A stretch of DNA of 63,594 nucleotides, counting the filler, from Klebsormidium nitens (lineage: Eukaryota > Plantae > Klebsormidiophyceae): assembly GCA_000708835.1 (NCBI GenBank). It is 10 parts of 10 records of this genome, joined end to end, with 100 filler letters (N's around TTAATTAATTAA, not from the genome) between each part and the next. Parts side by side here need not be neighbours in the genome. Positions count along the whole stretch, not along the records: positions 18,956 to 24,970 come from DF237856.1; positions 25,071 to 29,601 come from DF238492.1; positions 29,702 to 33,407 come from DF238555.1; positions 33,508 to 38,033 come from DF238019.1; 6 more parts are not named here. One strand, 5' to 3'. Under the pieces are notes generated by a model. That model searched no databases. It was not told the DNA's origin and saw only the letters and a program-made list of their open reading frames with translations. Shown here piece by piece: positions 22,901 through 34,049 of this stretch. Made by a program: the position numbers and the translations under genes. The number at the start of each line of letters is the position of its first letter. The stretch's first letter is position 1.

Positions 22901-24951
22901 TCGTCTCGCACGGCCTCCTCCTGCGCAACCACTTTGCCGCGGCCCTGGGGGCGGCCCATAGCCTCAACTTTGAGGCGGGGGACATGGCGACGAGGTGCCT
23001 CGAGGGGCCGAACGTCCCTAGGCTGGACGACCGGGTGTTCGACTCGGCGATGCAGGCCTTCAACGACCTCGCCGCCCGGCCTCGGATCCAGCACGTGTGC
23101 TCGCGCCTCGATTGCGCGCATCTCTACACGTGCGAGGTGAAGGCGGTCGAAGTGGAGGCCCTTAGGGCTGGCAACCCTCTGAGGCCGGAGCGAACGGAGG
23201 GGCCGAGTTCTGACCTGGCCACGTACGCGTTTGGGCGGGACAAGGTCATCACCTTTGACGGCACCTTCTTTGCCAATTCGAGCGCGATGCGCGATTTTGA
23301 TACGGAAGCGTCCTTGCACAGCATCTGCGAGCCCGACCCCGGAGCGCCGAAGGTCGCTGGAGGGTTTACTCCTCTGAGCGTGGGTGGTGTGCGTCCCTCT
23401 GACGTGCCGCTAGAGGGGATCGACTGCCCTTGGAAGTATCGCAACGGGCTGTCGGAGTTGCGGCCGGCCGTGCGAGTTTTGGCGATGAGGTGGTGCAACT
23501 TTCGCAAGGCTCCAGCGCAAGGGAGCAACGCGCCTCTGAAGCCGGAGGAGTTTGTCGCCATGCGGGAGGGGCTTCCGATGAACGTTGCCGCTCTGATCGA
23601 CCTCGTGATCGAGTCGGGAGCGTGTCGCGACCCTGCCACGTGTGCGATTTGCAAGGCGGTGCCGCGGCGGCCGTGGATGCAAGGGTTCCTCAAGGACGGG
23701 CCCGTGGGACCGACCGGCTGGTGTCCGACGCACTTTCAAGCGTACGGAGCCCTTCTTCACGCCCTGCTCATCCCTCGCTACTCCTGGGTGTTTGGGCGCG
23801 TCGTCACTCTGAAGCTGCTGAGACACGCGCTGCTCGAGGGGCCGCTCGACGAGCGGGGGTTGGCGTACCTCTCCAACGACGGCCCCATGGTGGCGGCCAT
23901 CTTGCGCCTCCATCCCGTTGCTGGGGGGCTGTATACCTTTCCGGCGGCGCTCCGCCCCCTCGTGCGTGACATCTACGCCACGAATCTCCTCTGCTTTGAG
24001 CCGAGCGCGAACCGGCCGGGTCCGTCCTCGCGATCGCCACTGGCCGCCCTCCATGATGCTACCGAGCATCTGTGGGCAATCGAAGGCGAGAGGCTGAGGC
24101 TCATCGGTCAGCTGGAGGCGGCCGCGATGGAATACGCGGAGCAGCGAGGGGCGGCGCTCAAGAGGGTCGCCAACTCGCTCCTGTTCGAGCTGGAGGTCCG
24201 CGAGCCCCAGTGCTATGGAGAGGGCGGCTTCCTTCAAGTGCCATCGGCGGCCTACGTTGAGCGGGTCGGCGCCGTCTCCACCTACTCGTTTCATCCCTTG
24301 CTGTACGGTCGGCCTCGGTTCGTCGATTGGGAAGACGAAGCCGGTCGGGGGAAGAGGGGTTCGGAGGAGCGGCTCACTCAGCACTGCAGCGCCCCCAACC
24401 CTCGATCGTCAAAGGGGCGCGCGGGGGTGTTTATTGCTTGTTGCCAGGACCGAGCTCCCTTGGGGTATCACTGGCTCAAGGGGGGCGAATCCGTCTCGGA
24501 CCTTGGGACGGTGCTTCTAACGCGGTTCCCTTTCAAGACGCTGCGGGGGCTCACGATCGTGGAGGACGCCGCTTGCAACGCCCAGGAGTGGTTCTTGAAT
24601 CGGGTGCCGCAGTTGGCCAAGTTTATGTTGTTCGTCGTCGACCGCTTCCACTCGGGGCCCGTGAGTTGCGCACCGGCGGGGGCGAAGCGCTATGCAACGC
24701 ACACGTGTGCGCCAACGCTGTTCATCGACTCGTTTCCGCAACATGGCCACACGATTACAACGGCTTCAGAGGGGGTCAATTCTGGGCTGAAGCGATGTGC
24801 AGCTAGCCTTCAGCAGATCACGAGCATCAGAAGGTTGATAAGCCGTGTGACGACCATTCTCGACACGCTTTTCGAACGGTCAAAGTACGCCGTCTATTGG
24901 AGTGAGTCTAGCAATCCGTTGAGGGACTCGATCAGGCGGGCGCGCGGCTGA
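19948..24951 (+). CDS. KDZ-type (Kyakuja-Dileera-Zisupton/HMGXB3-related) DDE transposase, family 1, two exons, ~1334 aa, intact
   Basis: Exon 1 19948-21867, intron 21868-22866 (CAG/GTGAAT...TTGCAG/GAG, phase 0), exon 2 22867-24951; junction YDGQ-EDGIFNFSGNNL. SWIM-like CLCGQKACRDH and CSDIECTGSERCRH. Core motifs TFDGT, FIACCQD..GYH..GGES, EDAAC, VVDRFH, ASEGVNS. Confidence 0.85.
21855..22787 (-). pseudogene. Antisense intron-nested gene: F-box-like N-terminus + XPA-like zinc/DNA-binding domain (copy 1, premature stop)
   Basis: ATG 22787 MDVNAKFASVLNIIGENGKLELEDLAASACTCKDAQ, in-frame TAG at 22650-22652, then continues in frame into ORF 21855-22577 (CMLC..ICRIY..CLTAVEARRKYQVKDL..YYRKSDVLAQAIRENNG). 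Homologous to 60139-60897. Confidence 0.75.
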
Positions 24952-24970
24952 CGCGCGGCCTCATTACTCT

Positions 24971-25070
24971 NNNNNNNNNNNNNNNNNNNNNNNNNNNNNN
25001 NNNNNNNNNNNNNNTTAATTAATTAANNNNNNNNNNNNNNNNNNNNNNNNNNNNNNNNNNNNNNNNNNNN
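24971..25070. other. Artificial contig-joining spacer
   Basis: N44-TTAATTAATTAA-N44. Confidence 0.98.
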
Positions 25071-25103
25071 TTCATGGTATTGACTTAGATCCTACATTAT
25101 CAA

Positions 25104-25886
25104 ATGTGCAACCAATCTAGATCCCGTATCATCGGACAAGTGTTTTACGATGTTTTATGCGCAACTCTGGTCTTGAAGTTTGCATCAAATATACAAAAAG
25201 CAACAAGGGGGAAAGCATTACGGAGCGGAATGGCGAATCAGACAGATGCTTTACTGAAGGAGCATGGACGTGTTCTGCCTCTGATATCTTTCATTTGCTT
25301 TTGTGGCCGGAGACGAGCGAATGGGATTTTGAAGCTCTTACAAGCCTGCCATCCAGGACTCCAGAATGAGATAAAAGAAATCAGGGTCAACGGAAAAATA
25401 GTGAAATATGCATCACTATCCACCCTCAGCAAATTTATTGATTGGCTTCTCCCGGAACCCCTTGCTAGTCATGCTCAGAAACATCGGTCAAGAAGCAATG
25501 CCTACCTGTTGAGAATTACCGAGGCGGATTCTTGTAAGAAATACATTCGGAGTCCAGGTAAAAAGGAAGAAAGGCTTATTGAGCAGGAATCGCTTTCAGA
25601 AAGGCAGAAGTCAAGAAGAACTGTGACATCTATTGCACAAAAAGATGGTGTTCTGGGGTTGGATAGCATTGGAGTGACTGAAGCTCTTGCGATCGTGGAC
25701 AATACTATCGAAACTTTGATTGAGGAAGATCCGTTGCCACCCGTTCACATTCCAGAAGCAGCTTTCAAAGGCACGGCGCACAGAGTAGGTGGTCCAAAAC
25801 AAAGTGGTTGGCGAGGGGGCAGAGGGTACAGGCGTCTAAGATGGAGCTTTAGAGGCATACCGTTTTTCAGCAGCTTTTGTAAATAG
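25104..25886 (+). CDS. Hypothetical protein (260 aa)
   Basis: Open 260-codon frame with plausible composition; no motif recognised; start uncertain because it lies near the contig edge. Confidence 0.3.
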   Translation: MCNQSRSRIIGQVFYDVLCATLVLKFASNIQKATRGKALRSGMANQTDALLKEHGRVLPLISFICFCGRRRANGILKLLQACHPGLQNEIKEIRVNGKIVKYASLSTLSKFIDWLLPEPLASHAQKHRSRSNAYLLRITEADSCKKYIRSPGKKEERLIEQESLSERQKSRRTVTSIAQKDGVLGLDSIGVTEALAIVDNTIETLIEEDPLPPVHIPEAAFKGTAHRVGGPKQSGWRGGRGYRRLRWSFRGIPFFSSFCK

Positions 25887-26543
25887 TCTAGGCTTTGTAT
25901 AGCATCAACCACCAGCACCAGATAAAACCTGTACCCTGATTCGATTATCTCCTTTGATTGGGAAGATTAGAATTCACCATGCAATGATGGACACATACTC
26001 GACTATAACATGTCTTGGATTCTGCCATGCTCAAAGGACCTGAACGCCTGGCTCTCTATGTGCCCTTCTAGTATGGCTTTACTAAGTTGGATTCATGTGT
26101 GCCAAGGTTGCTGTGAAGTTATCATGCATGAGTTTCTCCGACCTTGCAATGGTTCCTGGAAGGCCCAAAACCTGTAGCTTTTTTGTGCATTGCCTGTTCG
26201 AGAAACTCTTCAAGAATGGACATGCTTATAACAAGAACATAATGCCACGTTTCTCGAAAAACCTTTGGGTATATGCGTGTCATACGGCCCTGAATTTACG
26301 GAATCTGAGTACGATGCTACAAGTAGCTCCCTTCGCGCCCCATTACTACTCTCTCCACCGGCCGCACTTCAGGCGTGGGTATCACGACAGCCGCGGACCT
26401 CCTGGCCTCAGCCTGGGGCAAACAAGCATGCCGCAAACTTCATTTGGTCGACCAGTGCATTTTATGATTGTCAGGTCTGCTCAATACAAAGAAAGCATGT
26501 GATCCGCGTAAATAAATCCAATTTTTGATGCTTACTTAGTAAA

Positions 26544-28124
26544 ATGCAATCCGTGAGCTTTTCTTCGCTTGTGCTTGTGCTTCTCTCCATTACGCCTCCT
26601 CTTGTCTTGTCTGATCGTTACTCGGATGCTCTCTCCAAAGGCCTCCTCTTCTTCGAGGCTCAACGGAGTGGTAAGCTACCGGCAGATAACAGGATCCCCT
26701 GGCGTGGTGACTCCTGCATGTCTGACGGCTCGGATGTGGGCCTCGATCTGTCAAGAGCCTACTTTGATTCGGGCGACCACGTGGTCTTTGGCCTACCACT
26801 GTCTTTCACGTTAAGCATGATGGCCTTTGGCTTGGTCGAGTATGGGGACCTTTATTGGACCGAGCAGGACCGGGCAGTTGCGGCCCTCAAGTGGGGCACA
26901 GATTGGCTTCTGAGAGCACACCCCTCCGAGAACGAGCTCTACGTTCAGGTTGGTGATGGGGAGAAAGATCATGCTTGCTGGATGAGACCCGAGGACCTCG
27001 ACATGCAGAGGCCGAGCTTCAAGGTAGATTCGAGCAAGCCAGGCTCTAAAGTGGCGGCAGAGGCAGCAGCTGCGCTTGCTGCAGCATCGATCGTGTTCAG
27101 GGAGCGGGATTCTGCTTACCATGATGTCCTCATCTTTCATGCGACCCAGCTCTTTCATTTTGCCGATCAATACCGGGGGAGTTATAGCGACTCTGTCCCG
27201 GCTGCAGCAGCATTTTACAAATCGTACTCGGGGTATGGTGATGAGCTGCTGTGGGCTGCTGCGTGGCTTCACAGGGCCACGTCGGACCCAACCTATATTG
27301 CCTACATGACCGGGCCCAATTCGAACGACGGCCCCTTGAATTGGAAGGGAACGGCGTCCGAGATCTCTTGGGACGACAAGAGGGCGGCCGCGCAGCTCTT
27401 AGCGGCTCGGCTCGTCCTCCTCGGTCAGCAGCCTTCAGGGACGGCTCTAGATCATTACAAGAAGGCCCTCGACGGCTTTGTGTGCTCGTACGTGACAGGG
27501 AATACACCAAAGACTGCTGCGAGGCTGCCATGGATCCGGGAGTGGCTGCCATTACAGTACGTGACGACCAGCGCCTTCGTCATAGCGGTTTACGGTGATG
27601 TTTTGCAGCAAGCAAATGCGTCACTGACGTGCTCGGGCAGCACGTACACGAGCGACATGCTGTTGGCGTACAGCAAGAAGCAGGCGGACTACATTCTTGG
27701 CGCGAATCCGCGGGGCATGTCATATATGGTCGGCTTGGGGGAGTCATTCCCTCAAAGGGTGCACCATCGTGCAGCATCAATACCCAGCGACGGGGTTCAC
27801 TACAAGTGCGGCGAAGGCTTCAAGTTCTTCCAGGCGTCGAATCCCAACCCACACGTGCTGGAGGGCGCGATCGTGGGCGGCCCCGACCAGGCCGACAACT
27901 TTCAAGACGCGAGGACAAACTTTAAGCAGTCTGAGGCTAGCACATACACTAATGCTCCATTCTTGGGGCTTGTGGCCCGTCTGAGCAGCTCGAGAGCTCT
28001 GCCTTTGGCAACTCCAGTGCCTACTTCAGCGGGGCAACCGGCCCCGGCAGCTACTCCAGCTGCCACAACCCCTGATGTGGCACCGGGACCTGTCGCTTGT
28101 GATTGTGACTGTGAGGGATTTTAG
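26544..28124 (+). CDS. Secreted glycoside hydrolase family 9 endo-1,4-beta-glucanase, intronless
   Basis: Signal-peptide-like N-terminus; YSDALSKGLLFFEAQRSGKLP; YFDSGDHVVFG (catalytic DxGD); ALKWGTDWLLRAH; DELLWAAAWL; RVHHRAAS; DARTNFKQSEASTYTNAP (catalytic E); Pro/Thr/Ala-rich tail. Confidence 0.95.
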   Translation: MQSVSFSSLVLVLLSITPPLVLSDRYSDALSKGLLFFEAQRSGKLPADNRIPWRGDSCMSDGSDVGLDLSRAYFDSGDHVVFGLPLSFTLSMMAFGLVEYGDLYWTEQDRAVAALKWGTDWLLRAHPSENELYVQVGDGEKDHACWMRPEDLDMQRPSFKVDSSKPGSKVAAEAAAALAAASIVFRERDSAYHDVLIFHATQLFHFADQYRGSYSDSVPAAAAFYKSYSGYGDELLWAAAWLHRATSDPTYIAYMTGPNSNDGPLNWKGTASEISWDDKRAAAQLLAARLVLLGQQPSGTALDHYKKALDGFVCSYVTGNTPKTAARLPWIREWLPLQYVTTSAFVIAVYGDVLQQANASLTCSGSTYTSDMLLAYSKKQADYILGANPRGMSYMVGLGESFPQRVHHRAASIPSDGVHYKCGEGFKFFQASNPNPHVLEGAIVGGPDQADNFQDARTNFKQSEASTYTNAPFLGLVARLSSSRALPLATPVPTSAGQPAPAATPAATTPDVAPGPVACDCDCEGF

Positions 28125-28146
28125 TTGGGTCATCACTTGGAAGGAG

Positions 28147-29545
28147 TCAACCGTTGTGTTGAGAATACCTCCAAATGAAGCCGGTCTTCTTCCCCCCGGT
28201 CTCTGCCGAACTTCGTATGAGGCTGCGTGCAAATCCACTTTCCTGTACAGCCTGTGCAACGGAGCCATATGTCTTGAGAAGGCGCCCTTCAAGATCGTAC
28301 TGATGGACTATTCTGTTGCAACTTCGGTTCGTTGCCTGCTCCTCTTTAGTGGCCCAGCGCAGGTTGGTGAGAAGGTTGTCCTGGCAGTTACCGTTGATGT
28401 GATCCACAGTGTGCTCCGGACTTGGGCGGGGGCCAAGAAATGTGAAGGCCATGATCACGTAAACAAAACACTCTCTCTCCCTTGCTCCGATTTGGATTTG
28501 GATGTGGACCTTGTGCCGGCCATTTTGAATATACCCGGTCGTACACCTTCCATTCCGTAGTTGAACGCGGCCCATGTTGCTGACCTTCACACCCTTGATA
28601 TGCTGCCCGTCATAGGTAGCATCCTTCCATACTTCACCAGGCTGGTCCGCCTGAGCGGCCAGGTGCTCCGGGCACTGGCGGAAAATGTAGCCCTTCAGTC
28701 CTTTGGTTGAGCCTCGCCGAATTTGCTCGCCAATTGCTTGATCGTGAAGTGCCAAGGCCTTTGCAGCCTCCTTGATTGATCCATAACGTGTCTCTTTACT
28801 GGTTGCCACATGATGTACAACAACCGGGAAGCCTTGTGAAATTCCCGCCTTCTTGGCTGCTCCAGGGTTGTCTATCCGGGTCTTGCGATTATGTTCTTTC
28901 CCGGGAAGCTCCTGCAAATTCTCCCAGCTATCGTCTTGAGGTGGACGTTGGGACCCGTCCGTAGGTCTCGGTGGAGCAACGATGTGATCAATGTCCATTC
29001 CGAGCCCGATCGCACGCCCCAAGGCGATCTCGGAATTCAAGCGGTGTTTCCGAATGTTCTTTCCCTCAATCTTCAGCACCGTATACCCGTCTTTGCTGCT
29101 CCCCTTCTGGAAGCAGCCAAGTTGGGTGTTCCATACTCGGCCGTCAGGGAGTCCAAAGATGTGCTTGTACTTGAAGCCTGTGCTGCTTCCAGCCCTCAAG
29201 ATCCGCTGGGGGTGCATTTCGTTCCGAGTGGATCAGCTGATGACGAGTAAAGCTTTGTTCGAAGGTGAATGATCGCAGACAGCCCGGGATATCACAGACA
29301 AACTCCTCCCGGCTGTCGACCAGCTGGTGCTTACGCTTGTCGCCAACTGTACTGGTCACGGCGGCCATCTCACAAAGATATGCTTTGATGACACTCTCGT
29401 TAGCCCTAAGTACACGTACTTCAAAGGTGCCGGTCAGGTTTGGTTGCAGCTTTGAAGCAAAGATTTCCTGTCGTGAGTGGTAGAGATGCATGGAACCGCT
29501 GCCCACAATCTGTGGCCTGCTCATGGTATTGGCTCTGTTGTACAT
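28147..29545 (-). CDS. C2H2 zinc finger + tandem (NUMOD4-HNH-NUMOD1)x2 endonuclease of phage/large-DNA-virus type; one frameshift
   Basis: CDIPGCLRSFTFEQSFTRHQLIH (29144-29545 frame), frameshift near 29180, then HRL..DIDHI..ENLQELPGKEHN, YGSIKEAAKAL, EVWKD..VSNMGRV, TVDHINGNCQDNLLTNLRWAT and VHQYDLEGRLLKTYGSVAQAV. Confidence 0.85.
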
Positions 29546-29601
29546 TCTGACTGCAGGCAGAGCTCGTGCAGAATACTTTGCGAGTAGACTGCTTCCCCCT
29601 C

Positions 29602-29701
29602 NNNNNNNNNNNNNNNNNNNNNNNNNNNNNNNNNNNNNNNNNNNNTTAATTAATTAANNNNNNNNNNNNNNNNNNNNNNNNNNNNNNNNNNNNNNNNNNN
29701 N
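29602..29701. other. Artificial contig-joining spacer
   Basis: N44-TTAATTAATTAA-N44. Confidence 0.98.
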
Positions 29702-29836
29702 AGGTGACGGTCCACTGAGCCTACTAGGCTAGAGTGTAGACCTAAAGATAGGCCGTGACTCGGAACACTCCATATACATTGTGTGAACTTGATTGATTGA
29801 ATATCACTTCCAACAACACTGTGTTTCAACAATTAG

Positions 29837-32700
29837 CCGTAGATGAGAATATCTGAGGCTAAGATTGAGGATGGCAGCGAGCTAGGCTAGTGAGCCTAGT
29901 AGTGTGTGACTTAGGCTAGTAAGCCTAGTAGGCTAGTGAGCCTAGTGGAACGGGAGAGACCCGTAAAACAATAGCGGAGTGAAACATCATTTCAAGAGAA
30001 GTTGGTGGAGAGAAGGAAGCCGCTTGTGAGGCGCTTCGTGCGTTTTTCTTAGGGTGCATTGCTGCCATCAGTGAGTGATTAATGGGTGGCGGGCAACACG
30101 ATAAGACCCGATGATGAGTACTCCAACCGCACCACGATCCCTTCCCTTGAGTTTCAACAGGTTATGGGCCCACAACGCTTGGTTGTGAGGAGGGCGCAGA
30201 GATTCAATTTTGGATGTCTGGAGGGCCAGAATTTGAATGCTTGCGCCGGCGAGCCTGTGAGGAAAAGGAGCGGAGGATTTGGCTTCTTAATTTGTTCAAG
30301 GGAGAGCGTGGTTAAGATGGCGGGCGACAGGGTGTCTCTTCCGCAATTGTATGGTGAGAACTGGTCAACGTGGAAGGCCAAGTTCCGTGGGCTTCTTGCA
30401 TACAAAGGATGGCTGTGTGCATTGGAGGAGCCGGAGTCCCTGGAAGGAAGAAAAGTGTCTAGCCAAGCAAGGGGGCTGATGTTGATCCACGCGGAAGATG
30501 CATATGTAAAGTTGATTGAGGGTGAACCCACTGCAGCCAAAGTGTTCAAGAAAGTTGGACAACTTTGAAAATAGGAGCAATGCGCGCACGATTCAGCTTA
30601 GGAGGAAGTTGATGAGTCTGAGGTTGACCAAGGGGAAAGCCAGCGTAGAGTATTCAGGGGATTTTCGGGAGCTCAAGATAGATTTAGAGGCGGCGAGACG
30701 AACCGTCTCAGAGGGTGAGCTGGCCGTGCACGCCTTGGAGGGTTTGGCAATAGAGTATGCCACTCTTGTGAAAGTTTTGAAGCTCGGGGAGAAGGAGAGA
30801 ACCGTAGAGGTGATCTAGCCAAAGCTAATGCAGAGAGAGCAGAAGCTAAAGTCGAGGGCTAAAGCGGGGTTCTTGGAGGAGACTTCGGGTGGATATGGAG
30901 CGGTGGCGTATGCCGCCAAGCAAAGGGGCTACTCGAAGGGCCAGGGAATCTCAAACGAGCTCGGAGGTGAGAGGCGGGTGCTCAAACCCGCCAAAGTGCT
31001 ATTGTTGTGGCAAAGGTGGCCAAGTGAAGGCAAAGTGCATGTTGCGCGATGCCGAGTGTCGCAAGTGCGTTAAGAGGGGCCACACAGAGTCAGTGTGTAG
31101 GCAGAGCGTGGGCGCAAGTGGCCGCGCAGAGAAGGGAGAGTTTGTGGGGGAAGCATACGGAGTAGCCTTCACGGAGTGGGGCGACGACGGGGATGTGCGC
31201 AAAGGGGTGTGGATTGTCGACTCGGCAGCACTCAGCATGTCACGGCCAATCGGAGCCAATTCACGAGCTACAGAGAGCTTGTGCCTGATGAGAACGTCAT
31301 AGGGAATTGTGGTGAGCCTCAGATTGCGGTGGGAGTCGGAGAACTGGAGCTCAAGTGTAAAACCCCGAGCAGTGTGAGTACACTAACCGTGAGAGAGGTC
31401 CGGCACGCTCCGAGGGCACATGCGAGTTTTTTCTCGCTAATTAGAGCAATTGACGCGAAAGCACGAGTGGTGCTCGGCGGGAGAACCGCGCAGATCAAGA
31501 CGGACAATGTGGTCCGTATGGAGGTAGTCAAGCGTGGAGGACTGTGGGACGTTGAAACCGTGGGGAAGCAGAGAGCATTTCTTGAGGGAACCGGTCAAGA
31601 ACAACCGGGCGTGCGCCGCGGCAAAAAGGCCGGTAAGAGCGGAAGCATGGTGAAAAAGACGGTGAAGGTCGTGGAGATCGACCGAGACGATTCGGACGAC
31701 GTAAATGGGGGCGTCGAACGAAAGTGGGGAACTTTAGCGGGGGCGGACGAGGATCAAAAATGGTCGAAAAAGGGGCGGAGTTCAATGAAATGATGCGCGA
31801 AGGAGTCGCGCCCGCGCCCGCGACGGACCGTGGCCGTGCCGCGCCGCGGCCGCGCCGCACCGCGCGCTCATATCAAGAAGGGGGCCAACGTGGGCGGATT
31901 GCGGAAGTGTGCGCAAAGTTGTGGGAGTGTTCGAGAAGATTGTTAAGGGCAAGGAGAGAGCCCAGAGACGGCGGTAGAAAGCAAGCTTTTTGGTGCGGAA
32001 AACGCCACGGAGGAGCTCGTAATGGAGTCCCAAGAGTTGGAAATCTATCCCGCGAGGGTGCAACGGGAGCCCGCAGAGTGGTACGCGCAAACGTGGGAGC
32101 AGCAACGGAAGCCGTGGGAGCCGAAGAGCTGGAGTACGGGGTGGAGAAGACGTTGACGGAGAAAGGCGACGATTGCGACATTAGAGGCGTGTGGATGACG
32201 CCAATGGCGAAGAAGACAGCCCGCAAGAGGAGCACGACGAGTTAGAGGCTTCGAGTAATTTGTCTGAGTAGGGAGTGTTAGAATTCGGTGATATAGTCAG
32301 CCAAATTCCTGTGTGTCAGGGTTCGGCCCGAGTTAGAGTTCGGACCAATGAGCGCCGGCGTGCGTGTACATCGGTTGGACGATTGAACTGTTAGGCGGTT
32401 GAGAGCGGCCGCCAGTGTAGACCGTAGATGAGTACATCGAAGGCTAACATTGAGTGTGACCGTGAGCTAGGCTAGTGAGCCTAGTAGTGTGTGACTTAGG
32501 CTAGTAACCCTAGTAGGCTAGTAACCCTAGTGGGACGGGAGAGACCCGTGCGACAAATAGTGGAGAGGAATACTATTGTAGTACATCATTGGATCATTCT
32601 AAAAAAAGGTTATGGAGAGGAGGAAGCCACTTGTGAGGTGCTTCGTGTTGAAAGCAAGCGCCTTTCAAGGAAGCAAAACAATTCGAAATGAGTGCACACA
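29837..32700 (+). mobile_element. Internally deleted Ty1/Copia LTR retrotransposon (gag, zinc knuckle, protease remnant; no integrase or RT)
   Basis: Diverged direct repeats 29837-30045 and 32422-32650. 5' LTR ends CAACA at 30159. Gag from ATG 30317 (ENWSTWKAKFRGLLAYKGW), knuckle CRKCVKRGHTESVC, protease WIVDS. Purine tract GAGTAGGGAG followed by TGTTAG at 32276. Confidence 0.85.
30160..30172 (+). promoter_or_regulatory. Primer-binding site GGTTATGGGCCCA (half-tRNA-iMet type)
   Basis: Immediately follows the LTR end CAACA; matches the PBS type known for Drosophila copia and related hemiviruses. Confidence 0.75.
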
Positions 32701-33407
32701 ACGTAATATTGTTCAAGGTCATAGCTAGGCCTTGGAATTAGCAAGCCTACCACGGGTTCCGACCCTACCTTCTAATCCACGGCCTATATGAGGCGAGGTT
32801 CCGATCCACCGTTCACCGAAATTGTTCCACTCCTACTAATGAGGAACATGTGACTTTGGCACACTTTGTACCAATTTCTCTAACCCGTCGATACTCGATC
32901 TAACGGCTGACTCAGATTGGTACACTCGAAAATTGGTACCGAACCATCGATACCTCAAATCAACGGTCACTTTAACTTTGGACCACCTCGGAACACGCAT
33001 CCTACCGTCGATATGGGCGATAAAACTCGACTTCTAACTCGCAAATCGTACCGTCGATAATCGGACCTCAAACCTGAATCGAACGGCTACGAATGAACAT
33101 AGGATATTAGGGCGTACTAAGCCTAAAAACTCAGGAATGCAACGGCAACCAATCACAAGTTTAGTAAGCAGATACTAAACACCAGCGAACCCTCCGATAT
33201 ATGTTTTTGGAGGGTCGCCAACGGCCGAAAATGCTTGCTGTGGGCAAGCATTCGCCGGGTTTGACTACGGGGCACTGGGTAACGTCGTATGAGGCCGTCA
33301 GCGCCGCGGTTTTCCCGGGGTTTGCGAGTCAACGCGGTCTGAGAGTCGCCGGCGGTCGGAGTTGGTGTGACGCGCGCATTTAATGCGAGCGGCGACTGCG
33401 GAGACCA

Positions 33408-33507
33408 NNNNNNNNNNNNNNNNNNNNNNNNNNNNNNNNNNNNNNNNNNNNTTAATTAATTAANNNNNNNNNNNNNNNNNNNNNNNNNNNNNNNNNNNNN
33501 NNNNNNN
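33408..33507. other. Artificial contig-joining spacer
   Basis: N44-TTAATTAATTAA-N44. Confidence 0.98.
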
Positions 33508-34049
33508 GGTGTGTACTCATACCGGCAGTCTAAGAACGGCAGCGCTCTTTCGTCCTTACCTTTCATTGTTCCCGTTTCATCGTGATCACGCCCTCTTGGA
33601 CTTATTTCTTGACGTCTTTTCTCTCGCAGGGTCGGGGCGACTTCGCGGCCGCCCTCCGGCACTGGGAGCTGCCCTCGCCACCAATCCGCTCTTCAGCGGG
33701 GTCTAGTTCGAGCTCGCCTTTGCCGCTCTGGAAGAGGGGAACGACAATCACCGGTAAGCAATCACCGGTAGGGCCCCATTGCTTAGTCGTCTGCGGCGGG
33801 AGTTGAACTAAAGAAAGCTAAGTGGGCCAGCCCAGCTCCGTAAGCTTGATAATCAACCTTGATAATGTCGTTGCGCTGTCCATCAGTTCAATCTGAAGCT
33901 TTATCATCTTGGGCTCACGAGGTGGGCGCTTTTAGGAAGGCTCTTGGCCGAGTTGGGATGGCACAAGTCTGAAATCGGAAACTTGCTAGACTTAGACGTA
34001 GTGTCATGGAGCAAAGTCTTACGACGCACGGACTATATCAACCTCCTCC

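Noticed and set aside
23410-24384. 324-aa and other minus-strand ORFs overlapping KDZ exon 2
   Set aside because: Not preserved as one open frame in the second copy, unlike the intron-nested gene; treated as antisense shadow.
10847-29545. One giant endogenous virus containing the primase-helicase, HNH and orphan ORFs
   Set aside because: These genes lie on different contigs separated by artificial spacers, and no capsid, packaging ATPase or viral polymerase gene is visible.
32880-33065. Repeated ACCGTCGAT-like motifs
   Set aside because: Four short, irregularly spaced copies near a contig end; not enough to define an element or a site.
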